From NCBI GenBank assembly GCA_938084715.1, contig CALKES010000016.1, forward strand, positions 1 to 64,000: a stretch of DNA of 64,000 bases. The letters run 5' to 3'. Position numbers and translations under genes: made by a program. Source of the stretch: Candidatus Bipolaricaulota bacterium. GTDB taxonomy: Bacteria > Bipolaricaulota > Bipolaricaulia > Bipolaricaulales > Bipolaricaulaceae. Below are positions 38,989 through 53,278 of the stretch, piece by piece; the first letter of the stretch is position 1, and each line of letters begins with the position of its first letter. The notes below the pieces were generated by a model that ran no database searches, had not been told where the DNA came from, and worked only from the letters and a program-made list of their open reading frames with translations.

Positions 38989-40473
38989 ATGCCTGAAGAG
39001 AAGCCGAAAGAGGACAAGAAGCCCAGCGACGGAACGGACGGGAAGGAGAAGAGGCGGGCGCTTCTTGGGATCGAGCCCGTGGAGACCCGGCACGAGATCG
39101 AGGTCCGGGGGAAGAGGCTTTCCTACACCGCCCGGGCCGGGGCGATCCCCCTCAAGGACCCCGTTGGGGAGACCGAGGCGGAGATCTTCTTTGTGGCCTA
39201 CGAGCTCGATGGTGCGGACCGAGGAAAGCGTCCCCTCACGTTCGCCTTCAACGGGGGGCCCGGGTCGGCGGCGATCTGGCTCCACATGGGGGCGTTGGGC
39301 CCCAAGCGGGTGGTGATGGACAAGGAGGGCTGGATGCCCGCCCCGCCCTACCGCTACGAGGTCAACGCCCACACCTGGCTCGACCAGACGGACCTCGTGT
39401 TCATCGACCCCGTGGGGACGGGGTTCAGCCGGGCGGCGGGCGAAAACCTCGACAAGAAGTTCTGGAACTTCAAGGGGGACATCGAGTCCGTGGGGGAGTT
39501 CATCCGGCTCTACCTCACCCGGTACAAGCGGTGGACCTCGCCCCTGTTCCTCGCCGGGGAGAGCTACGGGACGACCCGGGCGGCAGGCCTGGCCGGCCAC
39601 CTCGTGGACCGGGGGATCGCCTTTTCCGGCATCGTCCTCGTCTCCACCGCCCTCGACATCGGGGCGCTCCGGTTCATGCCGGGAAACGACCTCCCCTACC
39701 AGCTCTTCGTCCCCACCTACGCGGCCACGGCCTGGTACCACCGCCGCCTTCCCCCGGACCTCCAGGGCCGCGCCCTCCCCGACCTCCTTGCGGAGGTCAA
39801 GGCGTGGGCGGAAGGGGAGCTCACGGTGGCCCTGATGAAGGGTGATCGGCTCACCGAGGCAGAGCGGCTCCGGGTGGGGCGGAAGCTCGCCCGGTACACG
39901 GGCCTGGACCTCGACTACGTCCTGGGCTCGAACCTCCGGATCGAGATCTTCCGGTTCTGCAAGGAGCTTCTACGGGAGGAGCGGCGGAGCGTGGGCCGGC
40001 TCGATTCCCGGTTCAAGGGGGTCGAGGCCTTGGCGGTGACCGAGCGGCCGGAGTTCGACCCCTCCATGGTTGCGATCACGCCCCCCTACACCGCGGCGTT
40101 CAACCACTACGTCCGGGACGAGCTCGGGATCCAGACCGATCTCACGTACGAAACCCTGAGCGGGACAGTGAACGAGAAGTGGGAGTGGGACAAGGGGGCC
40201 CTTCCGGCGACCGGGGCGATCCTCCGGGGTGCCCTGGCCAAGAACCCGTACACGAAGGTGCTTGTGGCCCAGGGGTACTACGACCTCGCCACCCCCCTCA
40301 TGGCCACCGAGTACATGCTCTCCCACATGAACGTGGACCCGGCCCTGCGGGGGAACATCGAGGTCCGGTACTACGAAGCCGGGCACATGTTCTACCTCGA
40401 CGAGGGGGCCCTGGGGGCGTTCCGGGAGGACGCGCGGCGGTTCCTCGCTGCCGCCGGAAGCGGGGCGGGGTAG
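38989..40473 (+). CDS. Peptidase S10 family serine carboxypeptidase
   Basis: NGGPGSAA, GESYGT (catalytic-Ser context), and a C-terminal Y.EAGHM region. Confidence 0.8.
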   Translation: MPEEKPKEDKKPSDGTDGKEKRRALLGIEPVETRHEIEVRGKRLSYTARAGAIPLKDPVGETEAEIFFVAYELDGADRGKRPLTFAFNGGPGSAAIWLHMGALGPKRVVMDKEGWMPAPPYRYEVNAHTWLDQTDLVFIDPVGTGFSRAAGENLDKKFWNFKGDIESVGEFIRLYLTRYKRWTSPLFLAGESYGTTRAAGLAGHLVDRGIAFSGIVLVSTALDIGALRFMPGNDLPYQLFVPTYAATAWYHRRLPPDLQGRALPDLLAEVKAWAEGELTVALMKGDRLTEAERLRVGRKLARYTGLDLDYVLGSNLRIEIFRFCKELLREERRSVGRLDSRFKGVEALAVTERPEFDPSMVAITPPYTAAFNHYVRDELGIQTDLTYETLSGTVNEKWEWDKGALPATGAILRGALAKNPYTKVLVAQGYYDLATPLMATEYMLSHMNVDPALRGNIEVRYYEAGHMFYLDEGALGAFREDARRFLAAAGSGAG

Positions 40474-40524
40474 CCTCGGCTGCCCCGCCCGCGCCGCCCT
40501 AGCGGCCGTCCCTTCTGGACGGGA

Positions 40525-41502
40525 TTAAATCCTCTTTCCGTTTTCTCCCATTACTGGGGGGGGCTCGCGCTCTTTGGGCTCTTCGGGCTCTTTGGTCAGG
40601 TCCGGTTCTTGGGTACCCTTGTCCAAGGGCTCTTTCGTTCCGAGAGACGTTTCCTCCCCGCCAGCGAGGGTCGCCTCCCAGTCCGCGATGGTCGCGAACC
40701 GGGTCCAGGTTTGGGTCCGCCCCGCCGAGTCGGTCACCGTGAGCTGGAACCGGTAGGTCCCGGGGCGGTCAAAGCCGCGGACGACCACCGGCCCCTCTTG
40801 AACGAGGCCGTCCTCCCAGGCCCACTGCCAGGCCACGATCTCCGCCGCAAGAGGGCTGAACGACCGCCGGCCATCGAGGCAGAGAAGGTAAGGGTACCCC
40901 TCCCACCCCTGAAGGAGCTCGGGGTCGAGGCTTGAGGTAAGGATGAACGCGAGCTCGAAGTTGTGCTCCACATGGATTGTGGGTTCGACGGTTGGCAGCT
41001 GGAGCTTGGAGCCGTCCCACCACCCCCACCCCGGCCCCAACTGTTCAGGGGACGTCGGGTCGCCAGGGTCTTTGGTCTCCTGTCCGTTGACCGTCACCGC
41101 GGGCCGGAGCTCCACCAGTTCCACCCGGGGGATGGGGAGGTCGATGGCGATGGGCACCCAACCTGCTGGGGTGACCCACGCCGCCCCGCGGAGGGCGGCC
41201 CGTTCGGGGAGAGCCACGATGACCACGCCCCCCGGGGCTACCCAACCCGAGAACAGGGCCGAACCGGAGTCCTGCCTTTGGGGAGCCAAGTGGCCCCCCA
41301 CCACCAACACCTCCCCTGAGCCGGCTTCCATGGTGAGGAGCTCCAGCCCCACGACCTCCTGGCCGGTCCGGTTGGCGAACACGTGGCCCACCCACCCCGG
41401 TCCGAGGCCCAGCTGGTCGTACGTCCACTGGTAGATGTCCGCCGGCGCCCCCGTCCCCCCAGCCACAACCAGCACCGCCCCGATCAGCCAACCCAGACGC
41501 AT
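40525..41502 (-). CDS. Secreted protein with a C-terminal PKD/Ig-like region
   Basis: Signal peptide MRLGWLIGAVLVVAGG; GTYRFQLTVTDSAGRTQTW; a K/E/P-rich C-terminal tail. Preceded by GGAGG. Confidence 0.5.
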   Translation of the reverse strand: MRLGWLIGAVLVVAGGTGAPADIYQWTYDQLGLGPGWVGHVFANRTGQEVVGLELLTMEAGSGEVLVVGGHLAPQRQDSGSALFSGWVAPGGVVIVALPERAALRGAAWVTPAGWVPIAIDLPIPRVELVELRPAVTVNGQETKDPGDPTSPEQLGPGWGWWDGSKLQLPTVEPTIHVEHNFELAFILTSSLDPELLQGWEGYPYLLCLDGRRSFSPLAAEIVAWQWAWEDGLVQEGPVVVRGFDRPGTYRFQLTVTDSAGRTQTWTRFATIADWEATLAGGEETSLGTKEPLDKGTQEPDLTKEPEEPKEREPPPVMGENGKRI

Positions 41503-41527
41503 ATCCCACCTCCGAGGAGGAACATAT

Positions 41528-41570
41528 AGTGGGTAACATTATATAACGATCGGTTGTAGGGGGGAAGGGC
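41528..41570 (-). promoter_or_regulatory. Putative sigma-A promoter for the 40525-41502 gene
   Basis: A perfect TATAAT on the minus strand (reverse complement of attata at 41528-41533) and an AT-rich patch in an otherwise ~80% GC spacer. The -35 element is weak. Confidence 0.3.
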
Positions 41571-41824
41571 CGCGGGGAGGGCAGGGGCGCCGCGGCGGCC
41601 CCGGGGCTCCCGGCCAGCGGAGCCGACGGCCTGCGATCCCCCCCGGGGCGGCCCCGGACCGGCGAGGACCCCCCGCTGCCCACGGGGGCGCGAGGGGGGG
41701 GATGAGGGGCGGCGGGGAACAGGCACCGCCCCCGCCTGGACGGGGGGCCGAGATAACCTCGCCAGGGGACACAGGCCCTGGGGCTGTGGGCCCTTGCCGG
41801 TAACCTCTTCCCGGGTGATGGCGC

Positions 41825-42598
41825 ATGCGCAAGACGGTTCTCCTTCTCGTGCTCCTCCTCCTCGCCGCCGGACCGGCGATGGCGGAACGGGTCCGCCGGG
41901 GCCCGATCCTCATCACCTCGGACTGGGACCTCACCCCGGAGAACGGGGTGGTGGGCGGATGGGGGATCTTCGGCGACCCGTACGTGATCTCCGGCTACCA
42001 AATCGACGCCGGGGGCGAGGACTACGGGATCCTCATCTCGGGCACCGTCCGCCCGGTCGTGGTCCGGGACGTGGAGGTCCTGGGAGCACGGACCGCGGGG
42101 ATCAAGGTCCAGAGCGCCAAGCACGTGGCGATCGAGGACGTCTGGGTCCGGGGCTGCGGGGTCGGGATCAGCATCTTCCTCTCCACGAAGGTGTCCGTGA
42201 CCGGCTCCCGGGTCGAGGAGTGCCCGGAAGGGGTGAAGGTCTTCTTCTCCTCGGCGGTGGACCTCTACGAGCTTCGGGTGGCCCGGTGCCGGACCGGGGT
42301 CTGGTTCGGGGGAAGCTCCACCGCCTACCTCGTCGGGTCCCGGATCGAACGGTGTGAGATCGGGGTGGCCGTCGAGCTCCGCTCGGAGGGGATTGTGGTG
42401 GCCCAGAACGCGTTCCTCGGCTGCCGGCTCCCGGCCCAATCCGAGGGTGGGGCCCTCTGGGACGACGGGGCGAAGGGAAACTACTGGGAGGGGTTCATTG
42501 CTTCGGACAAGAACGGCGATGGGATCCTCGACAAGCCCTACCTGGTGAGCCCGACCGAGTCCGACCGGTTCCCGCTCGCCTCCCCCCCTAGCCCGTAG
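41825..42598 (+). CDS. Right-handed parallel beta-helix repeat protein (NosD/pectate-lyase-like), secreted
   Basis: Signal peptide MRKTVLLLVLLLLAAGPAMA, then repeated ~22-residue beta-helix turns (VRGCGVGISIF..., VEECPEGVKVF..., VARCRTGVWFG..., IERCEIGVAVE...). Confidence 0.7.
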   Translation: MRKTVLLLVLLLLAAGPAMAERVRRGPILITSDWDLTPENGVVGGWGIFGDPYVISGYQIDAGGEDYGILISGTVRPVVVRDVEVLGARTAGIKVQSAKHVAIEDVWVRGCGVGISIFLSTKVSVTGSRVEECPEGVKVFFSSAVDLYELRVARCRTGVWFGGSSTAYLVGSRIERCEIGVAVELRSEGIVVAQNAFLGCRLPAQSEGGALWDDGAKGNYWEGFIASDKNGDGILDKPYLVSPTESDRFPLASPPSP

Positions 42599-43074
42599 GC
42601 CCGCCGGACGGCCCGGAGGAGGAGGACAAGGCCGAGCCAACCCAGGGCGACCCCGCCCACGACTCCCCAAAACGGGACCCGGACCCGAAGGGAGGAGAAG
42701 CCGAGGCCGACCCCAAGCCCGGCGAGGGCGAGGGCCGCGCTTCGGCCCACGGCCCCCAGGACAAGCCGTCGGACCTTCCGGGGGTCTCCCAGTCGAAGCC
42801 GCGCCCGGGCGAGGTTCCCCATGTCCCAGCTCCAGACGGCGAGGGCGACGGCCGCCAGGGCGAGGGACCGTTCCCCCACGGCGGCCACCCCGGCGGCGAG
42901 CCCGACCTGAAGGTAGAGCCCTGCCGCCAGAAGCCCCCGGTGGCGGAGGAGGGCACCGAGGGAGGCAACAAGGGGGGCGACGAGGGACACCCACCACAGG
43001 GGCTCGGCCGTGAACCCAAGGCCCGCCCACGCTGTGAGGTAGGCCCCGACGGCCCCGAGGAGGGCGAGGATCAC
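42538..43074 (-). CDS. Hypothetical multi-TM membrane protein (last gene of the MoxR/DUF58 cluster)
   Basis: GTG at 43074 overlaps the DUF58 stop. Hydrophobic throughout. Its 3' end overlaps the convergent beta-helix gene by ~60 nt, so its extent is uncertain. Confidence 0.35.
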   Translation of the reverse strand: MILALLGAVGAYLTAWAGLGFTAEPLWWVSLVAPLVASLGALLRHRGLLAAGLYLQVGLAAGVAAVGERSLALAAVALAVWSWDMGNLARARLRLGDPRKVRRLVLGAVGRSAALALAGLGVGLGFSSLRVRVPFWGVVGGVALGWLGLVLLLRAVRRAYGLGGEASGNRSDSVGLTR

Positions 43075-44330
43075 TGGACCCTCCGCCAGGCGGCCCGGGC
43101 CTGGGGGGCCAGGGGGTAGCGGACGTCCCACACCAGGGGCCGGACGCGGGCCGCGTAGAGGCGGGAGAGGAGGGCCCGCCGCTCGAGGGCGAGGATTCGC
43201 GCAGCGAGCTCCACCTCCGGGCCCTCCCCAAGGCTCTCTCGCTCCATCGTCGTCACGTCGGGAACGAGGACCATCACCCTGTAGCCGCGCGCCGCCAGGG
43301 CCCCGAGGTCCTCCTCATCCCCGGGAAGGAGGGGGGAGACGACGGCAATCTGGGACCCCGAGGGAAGGAGCTGGGTCGGGATCCGGCGGAGCTCGGCGAA
43401 GATCTCCGAGCGGCCGGGCCGGGCCGCGGCTAGCCGCCGGAGGACCCTCTCCCCGTGCCGACGGCCGTAGCCGGGGTAGACCCAGTCGAGGTAAGCCCCG
43501 TAGAGGAGGAGCCCCACCCGGTTCCCCCCCGCGAGGAACCCCTCGACAAGGCTTGCTGCTCCCCGGACGGCGTGGTCAAGGAGGTCCAACGGGTTCTCCC
43601 CCCGGTACGCGGCCTCCCGGACGTCGAGGACGATCGCCACGTCCGCCGCCCGCTCCTCCTCGTACTCGGTGACGACGAGCTCCCCGCTTCGGGCGCTCGC
43701 CTTCCAGTTGATCCTCCGGATCTCGTCCCCCGGCCGGTACTCCCGGCACCCGAAGAACTCCACCCCCGAGCCCGCTCGCCGAGACCGGGCCGTCCCCGCC
43801 TGGGGAAGCGTCCGCCGGGGGGCGAGGGCCACGCCCTGGAGCCGCTCGTAGCGGGGAAGGACGGTGAGGGCCGCCGGACAGGGGACCTCCTCCGACCAGC
43901 CGACAAAACCGAGGAGGTCGTAGGCCTGGACCTGAACCCCCCGGAACTCGTACACCCCCCTCCGGACCCGGATCCGGTAGGAAAGGGCTGCCGTCTCCCC
44001 GGGCCCGAGGTCGGTCAGGCGCTCCGCTTGCCCCTCCAGGATCACCGCCCTGGGGGGTACGGGGTCCTTCAGGTAGAGGAGCTCGACCCGCCGGCCCTGG
44101 TTCGTCACCTGGACCCGGACTTCGAGCTCTTCCCCCTCCCACGCCCGGGAGGAGGTGAGGGACCGGGAGGCCAGGAGGCGGGGCCGGCGGTCGGCCGCGG
44201 CAAGGACGAACCCCCCGAGGAGATGCACAGCGAGGGGCAGGGCGACGAACGCCAGGACCGGCATCCGCAGCCCGATCCCCACCCCGAGGAGGAGGGCCAC
44301 CAGGACGAGCTCCGCCCGGGCCTTTCCGAC
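43071..44330 (-). CDS. DUF58 (vWA-like) domain protein, MoxR-associated
   Basis: N-terminal TM pair; GVEFFGCREYRPGDEIRRINWKASAR is the DUF58 core motif. Confidence 0.8.
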   Translation of the reverse strand, partial: VGKARAELVLVALLLGVGIGLRMPVLAFVALPLAVHLLGGFVLAAADRRPRLLASRSLTSSRAWEGEELEVRVQVTNQGRRVELLYLKDPVPPRAVILEGQAERLTDLGPGETAALSYRIRVRRGVYEFRGVQVQAYDLLGFVGWSEEVPCPAALTVLPRYERLQGVALAPRRTLPQAGTARSRRAGSGVEFFGCREYRPGDEIRRINWKASARSGELVVTEYEEERAADVAIVLDVREAAYRGENPLDLLDHAVRGAASLVEGFLAGGNRVGLLLYGAYLDWVYPGYGRRHGERVLRRLAAARPGRSEIFAELRRIPTQLLPSGSQIAVVSPLLPGDEEDLGALAARGYRVMVLVPDVTTMERESLGEGPEVELAARILALERRALLSRLYAARVRPLVWDVRYPLAPQARAAWRRVQ

Positions 44331-44335
44331 GTCCA

Positions 44336-45286
44336 CTAGCGGATCTTGGGGACCGGGGTCCGGGCGAGGACCTCCCCCACGATGTCCTCCGCCCGCACCT
44401 CCCGGGTCCACAGCTCGGGGGAGAGGATGAGGCGGTGGGCAAGGGCGGGGACGGCTACCGCCTTCACGTCGTCGGGAAGGACGTAGTCCCGGCCGGCGAG
44501 GGCGGCCCGGGCTCGGGAGAGCTTGAGGAGGGCGAGCGTCCCCCGGGGGCTCCCCCCAAGGGCCAGGGACGGGTGGCGGCGCGTGGCCTCGGTGATCGCC
44601 GCCATGTAGCCCAGGAGGTCCTCGTCCACGAACACCCCCTCGATCGCCTCCCGCATCGCCAGCACCTCCTCGGGACTCGCCACCTGGGGCAAGGCCACGT
44701 CCTCCTTCTTTCGCGCAAGACGCCGGCGGAGGATCTCCACCTCCTCCCCTGGCCTGGGGTAGCCGAACCGGACCCGGGCGAGAAACCGGTCCACCTGGGC
44801 CTCGGGGAGGGGGAACGTCCCCTCGAACTCGATCGGGTTCTGGGTGGCAAGGACGATGAACGGCTGGGGGAGGGGGCGGGTGTCCCCCTCGATCGTCGCC
44901 TGCCCCTCCTGCATCGCCTCGAGAAGCGCGGACTGGGTCTTGGGGGTGGCGCGGTTGATCTCGTCGGCGAGGACGAGCTGGGCGAAGAGGGGGCCTGGGC
45001 GGAACTCGAAGCTCCCCTCCTCCCGGCGGAAGAGGTGGGTCCCCACGATGTCCGCGGGGAGGAGGTCGGGGGTGAACTGGATCCGGCGAAACGAGAGCCC
45101 CAGGGTCCAGGAGAAGCAGCGGGCGGCGAGGGTCTTGGCGAGGCCCGGGTAGTCCTCGAGGAGAACGTGGCCCCCCGCGAGGATCGCCCCGAGGATGAGG
45201 GAGAGGGGCTCCCGCTTCCCCACGATGACAGTTTCGATTTGGCCGAGGATCTCCTCTCCCCGGCGGGCGACGTCAGCGATCGTCAA
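44336..45286 (-). CDS. AAA+ ATPase, MoxR family
   Basis: GHVLLEDYPGLAKT Walker A-like, LLADEINRATPKTQSALLEAMQE, and a C-terminal AAA lid. Confidence 0.92.
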   Translation of the reverse strand: MTIADVARRGEEILGQIETVIVGKREPLSLILGAILAGGHVLLEDYPGLAKTLAARCFSWTLGLSFRRIQFTPDLLPADIVGTHLFRREEGSFEFRPGPLFAQLVLADEINRATPKTQSALLEAMQEGQATIEGDTRPLPQPFIVLATQNPIEFEGTFPLPEAQVDRFLARVRFGYPRPGEEVEILRRRLARKKEDVALPQVASPEEVLAMREAIEGVFVDEDLLGYMAAITEATRRHPSLALGGSPRGTLALLKLSRARAALAGRDYVLPDDVKAVAVPALAHRLILSPELWTREVRAEDIVGEVLARTPVPKIR

Positions 45287-45812
45287 GTTCTCCTCCTTGA
45301 GCGTAGAGCCAAAGCTTATCCACGGCCTGGACGAGCTTCCCCCGGTACCCCACGGGGACGAGGCGGCGGGACGGGCGGAGGACGGCTCGGAGCTCCGGGT
45401 CAGGGGGCCAGCGGCCCGCCTCGAGCTCGTCCCACGCCTGGTCCGCGGGAAGGGCCTCCCGCCGCAGCCTCAGGGCCACCGCGATCTTCCCAAGCCGCTC
45501 CCCGAGGGCCCGCTGGGCGGAAGGGGATCCCTCGCAAGCCCGGACGAGGTCGGCGAGCTCGGCGAGCTCGGACCGGATCGGAGCGGTGTCGCCCCGGACC
45601 GGCCGGCCCGCCCGCCTCACCTTTCCCCCCAACCGGCTTGTGAGGTAGAGGAGGGCCGCTACGAGGACCCCCCACACGAGGACCTGGGGGAGGGCGTCGA
45701 TGAACCAGAGGACCCGCAGCACCCCGTCCAGGAAAGCGGCGGCAAGGTCCCGGAGGAGGAAGGTGAGGAGGGCGAGGCCGAGGAGGGCGGCGATGAGGGC
45801 CCAGGGGCTAAC
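45273..45812 (-). CDS. Hypothetical 2-TM membrane protein
   Basis: ALIAALLGLALLTFLL...VLVWGVLVAALLYL. The start is uncertain (a GTG-equivalent at 45812 overlaps the upstream stop). Confidence 0.35.
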   Translation of the reverse strand, partial: VSPWALIAALLGLALLTFLLRDLAAAFLDGVLRVLWFIDALPQVLVWGVLVAALLYLTSRLGGKVRRAGRPVRGDTAPIRSELAELADLVRACEGSPSAQRALGERLGKIAVALRLRREALPADQAWDELEAGRWPPDPELRAVLRPSRRLVPVGYRGKLVQAVDKLWLYAQGGELDDR

Positions 45813-46650
45813 CGTACGCCCGCTCGATCGCCTCAAGGGCGGCCAACGCCTCTCCCCGGCGCGGCTCGCTGTCCTTGTGGCCGTAGCGCACCTCCTCAAA
45901 GAGCCTCGTCAGAACCCAAACCCCCTCCTCCCGGAACCCGAGGGCCACGAGTCGCTCGGCGAGCTCCCGGGGGGTGACCTCGGGGGCCGTGGCCTCCTTC
46001 ACCCGGCGGGAGAAGATGCCGACCATCCGGGCCCAGCAGCGGACGACGGCATCGGCCACCGGGAGCCCGGCCTGGAGGTCAGCCGAGGCCTCGGCGAGGG
46101 CCTCCCGGACCTCGTCCGCGGTCGACGGCCGCCGGGAGCTCCACCACCGCCAGAGGGCGAACCCGAGTGCCCCCGCGAGGAGCGCGGCCCCGAGGTAGGC
46201 CGCCCAGCCCGGGACCGTCGGAGGGGTTGAAGGGGGGGCCCCGGACGGGCCCCCCCCCGCGGACCAGGGGAGGACGGCCGGGGGACCGGGCTCAGGTTCT
46301 GGTACGAGGGGGGGCTGGATCCGCAGGAAGATCCCCCGCGCCAGGAACAGGCCCAGGATGACCAGTCCAAGCCAGAGGGCTTGGCGGAGGAGCCGCCTCC
46401 GCCCCTCCGGGGTCAGGAGCTGCGTCGCCCCGTACACGAGGAGCAGAGCCAAGAGGGCCACGACGAGGAGGTCAAACAGGGAGCCGGGAAGCTCCAGGGG
46501 AACGTTTCCCCCGGGAAGGCCGGGTTCCGCCTCCCCTCCCCCCCATGGGAGCCGCCCGCCCCGGAACTCCAGGCCTGCGAGCGCCGCGGCGAGGAGACCC
46601 ACGCCCCCGATGAGGAGGGCCCCGAGGAGGAGGAGCTGGGTCCGGGTCAT
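45808..46650 (-). CDS. DUF4129-like membrane protein (MoxR-cluster associated)
   Basis: ATG 46650 abuts the aspS stop. TM helices, a Pro-rich linker, and a C-terminus TPRELAERLVALGF...RLFEEVRYGH of the type seen in MoxR neighbourhoods. Confidence 0.5.
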   Translation of the reverse strand: MTRTQLLLLGALLIGGVGLLAAALAGLEFRGGRLPWGGGEAEPGLPGGNVPLELPGSLFDLLVVALLALLLVYGATQLLTPEGRRRLLRQALWLGLVILGLFLARGIFLRIQPPLVPEPEPGPPAVLPWSAGGGPSGAPPSTPPTVPGWAAYLGAALLAGALGFALWRWWSSRRPSTADEVREALAEASADLQAGLPVADAVVRCWARMVGIFSRRVKEATAPEVTPRELAERLVALGFREEGVWVLTRLFEEVRYGHKDSEPRRGEALAALEAIERAYG

Positions 46651-48362
46651 GGCGCAAGCTTGAGCCCAAGCTCCCGAAGCTGCTCCTCGTCCACGGGGGC
46701 GGGGGCGTCGGTGAGGGGGCAGGAGCCGGTCGTCGTCTTCGGGAACGCGATCACCTCCCGAATGGACGGCTCCCCAGCCATCATCATCACCCACCGATCC
46801 AGGCCAAACGCGATCCCCCCGTGGGGCGGGGCCCCGTACTCCAGGGCCCGGAGGAAGAACCCAAACCGCCGCTCCGCCTCCTCGGGCCCGATCCCCAGGA
46901 TCCGGAAGACCCGCTCCTGGAGCTCGCGGCGATGGATCCGGATCGAGCCCGAGGCGAGCTCGACCCCGTTCACGACGAGGTCGTAGCACTTGGCCCGCAC
47001 CTTGAGGGGGTCCGTCTCGAGGAGGGAGAGGTCCTCGTCCCGGGGCGAGGTGAACGGGTGGTGCTCGGACTCCAGGCGCCCCTCCCCCTCCTTGAACAGG
47101 GGGAAGTCCACGACCCAGGCCAGGGCCCACCGATCCGCGGGAATGAGGCCCAGTTCTCTCCCCAGGCGCAGGCGGAGGTCGCCGAGGGCGGTCGAGGCGA
47201 CCTCAGGCTTCCCCGCCGCGAGGAGGACGAGGTCCCCCCCTCGCGCGCCCGCGGCCCCGGCTACCCGCCCAAGGGTCTCCGGGGGGACGTGCTTCCCCAG
47301 GGACGAGGAGATCTCCTCCCCGAGCTTGATCCAGGAAAGCCCGGGGAGCCCGTGGGCCTTCGCCGCCTCCTCAAGCCTCCCGATCTCACCCCGGGACTTC
47401 CCGGCCCCTCCAGGAACGGGGAGGGCCCGCACCGCGCCCCCCGCGGCGACGACCTCGGCGAAGACCCGGAACGGGCCACCCGCAAAAAGCGGGGAGACGT
47501 CGGCGATCTCCATCCCAAACCGAAGGTCGGGTTTGTCGGAGCCGTAGCGGGCGATCGCCTCCCCGTAGGGAAGGCGGGGGAGGGGCGTGGGGATCTCGAC
47601 CCCGATCGCCTCCCGGTAGACGTGGGCCAGGAGGCCCTCGAGGAGGGTGAAGAGCTCCTCGGGGTCCTCGAGGAACGCCACCTCGAGGTCGAGCTGGGTG
47701 AACTCCGGCTGCCGATCCGCCCGGAGGTCCTCGTCCCGGAAGCAGCGGACGATCTGGAAGTAGCGCTCGACGCCTGCGGTCACGAGGATCTGCTTGAAGA
47801 GCTGGGGGGACTGGGGGAGGGCGTAGAACGCCCCCCGGGAGAGCCGCGACGGGACGAGGAAGTCCCGTGCCCCTTCCGGGGTCGAGCGGGTGAGCATCGG
47901 GGTCTCGACCTCGATGAACCCCTGTTCGCTCAGGTAGTTGCGGATCGCGAGGGCGGTGCGGTGGCGGAGGCGGAGGTTCCGCTGCATCCGGGGCTTGCGG
48001 AGGTCGAGGTACCGGTAGCGGAGGCGGGTCTCCTCGCTCGGACTCCCCTCCTCGGCCACGGGGAGGGGCAGAGGCTTGGCGTGGGAGAGAATCTCAAGGT
48101 TAGTCACCTCGATCTCCACCTCCCCCGTGGGAAGGGACGGATGGGGGGCCTGGCGGAGCCGGACGGTGCCCCGGACCCGGACGACGTCCTCGTGGGAGAG
48201 CTTGGGCCCTTCCCGGAGAACGAGCTGGACGATCCCGCTTCCGTCCCGGAGGTCGACGAACGTGACCCCGCCGAGGTCCCGAACCCGGTGGACCCACCCG
48301 GCCAGGACAACCTCCTGACCCACATGCCCTCGCCGGAGCTCCCCACACGGATCACGGTTCAT
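46647..48362 (-). CDS. aspS: Aspartate--tRNA ligase
   Basis: OB-fold N-terminus CGELR..., motif 1 FYALPQSPQLFKQ, motif 2 FRDEDLRADRQPEFTQLD, motif 3 GGIAFGLDR. ATG 48362 verified by counting 571 codons. Confidence 0.93.
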   Translation of the reverse strand: MNRDPCGELRRGHVGQEVVLAGWVHRVRDLGGVTFVDLRDGSGIVQLVLREGPKLSHEDVVRVRGTVRLRQAPHPSLPTGEVEIEVTNLEILSHAKPLPLPVAEEGSPSEETRLRYRYLDLRKPRMQRNLRLRHRTALAIRNYLSEQGFIEVETPMLTRSTPEGARDFLVPSRLSRGAFYALPQSPQLFKQILVTAGVERYFQIVRCFRDEDLRADRQPEFTQLDLEVAFLEDPEELFTLLEGLLAHVYREAIGVEIPTPLPRLPYGEAIARYGSDKPDLRFGMEIADVSPLFAGGPFRVFAEVVAAGGAVRALPVPGGAGKSRGEIGRLEEAAKAHGLPGLSWIKLGEEISSSLGKHVPPETLGRVAGAAGARGGDLVLLAAGKPEVASTALGDLRLRLGRELGLIPADRWALAWVVDFPLFKEGEGRLESEHHPFTSPRDEDLSLLETDPLKVRAKCYDLVVNGVELASGSIRIHRRELQERVFRILGIGPEEAERRFGFFLRALEYGAPPHGGIAFGLDRWVMMMAGEPSIREVIAFPKTTTGSCPLTDAPAPVDEEQLRELGLKLAP

Positions 48363-48406
48363 TCGTCCCCCTTGGCGGGCACGATTGTAGTCGGAGGGAC
48401 GAGCCC

Positions 48407-53222
<4,816 letters not shown>

Positions 53223-53278
53223 CCCTTGCCCCTCCCCGGCGGGGTATATAGAATCGCCGCCAGTATCAAGGAGGGGCG

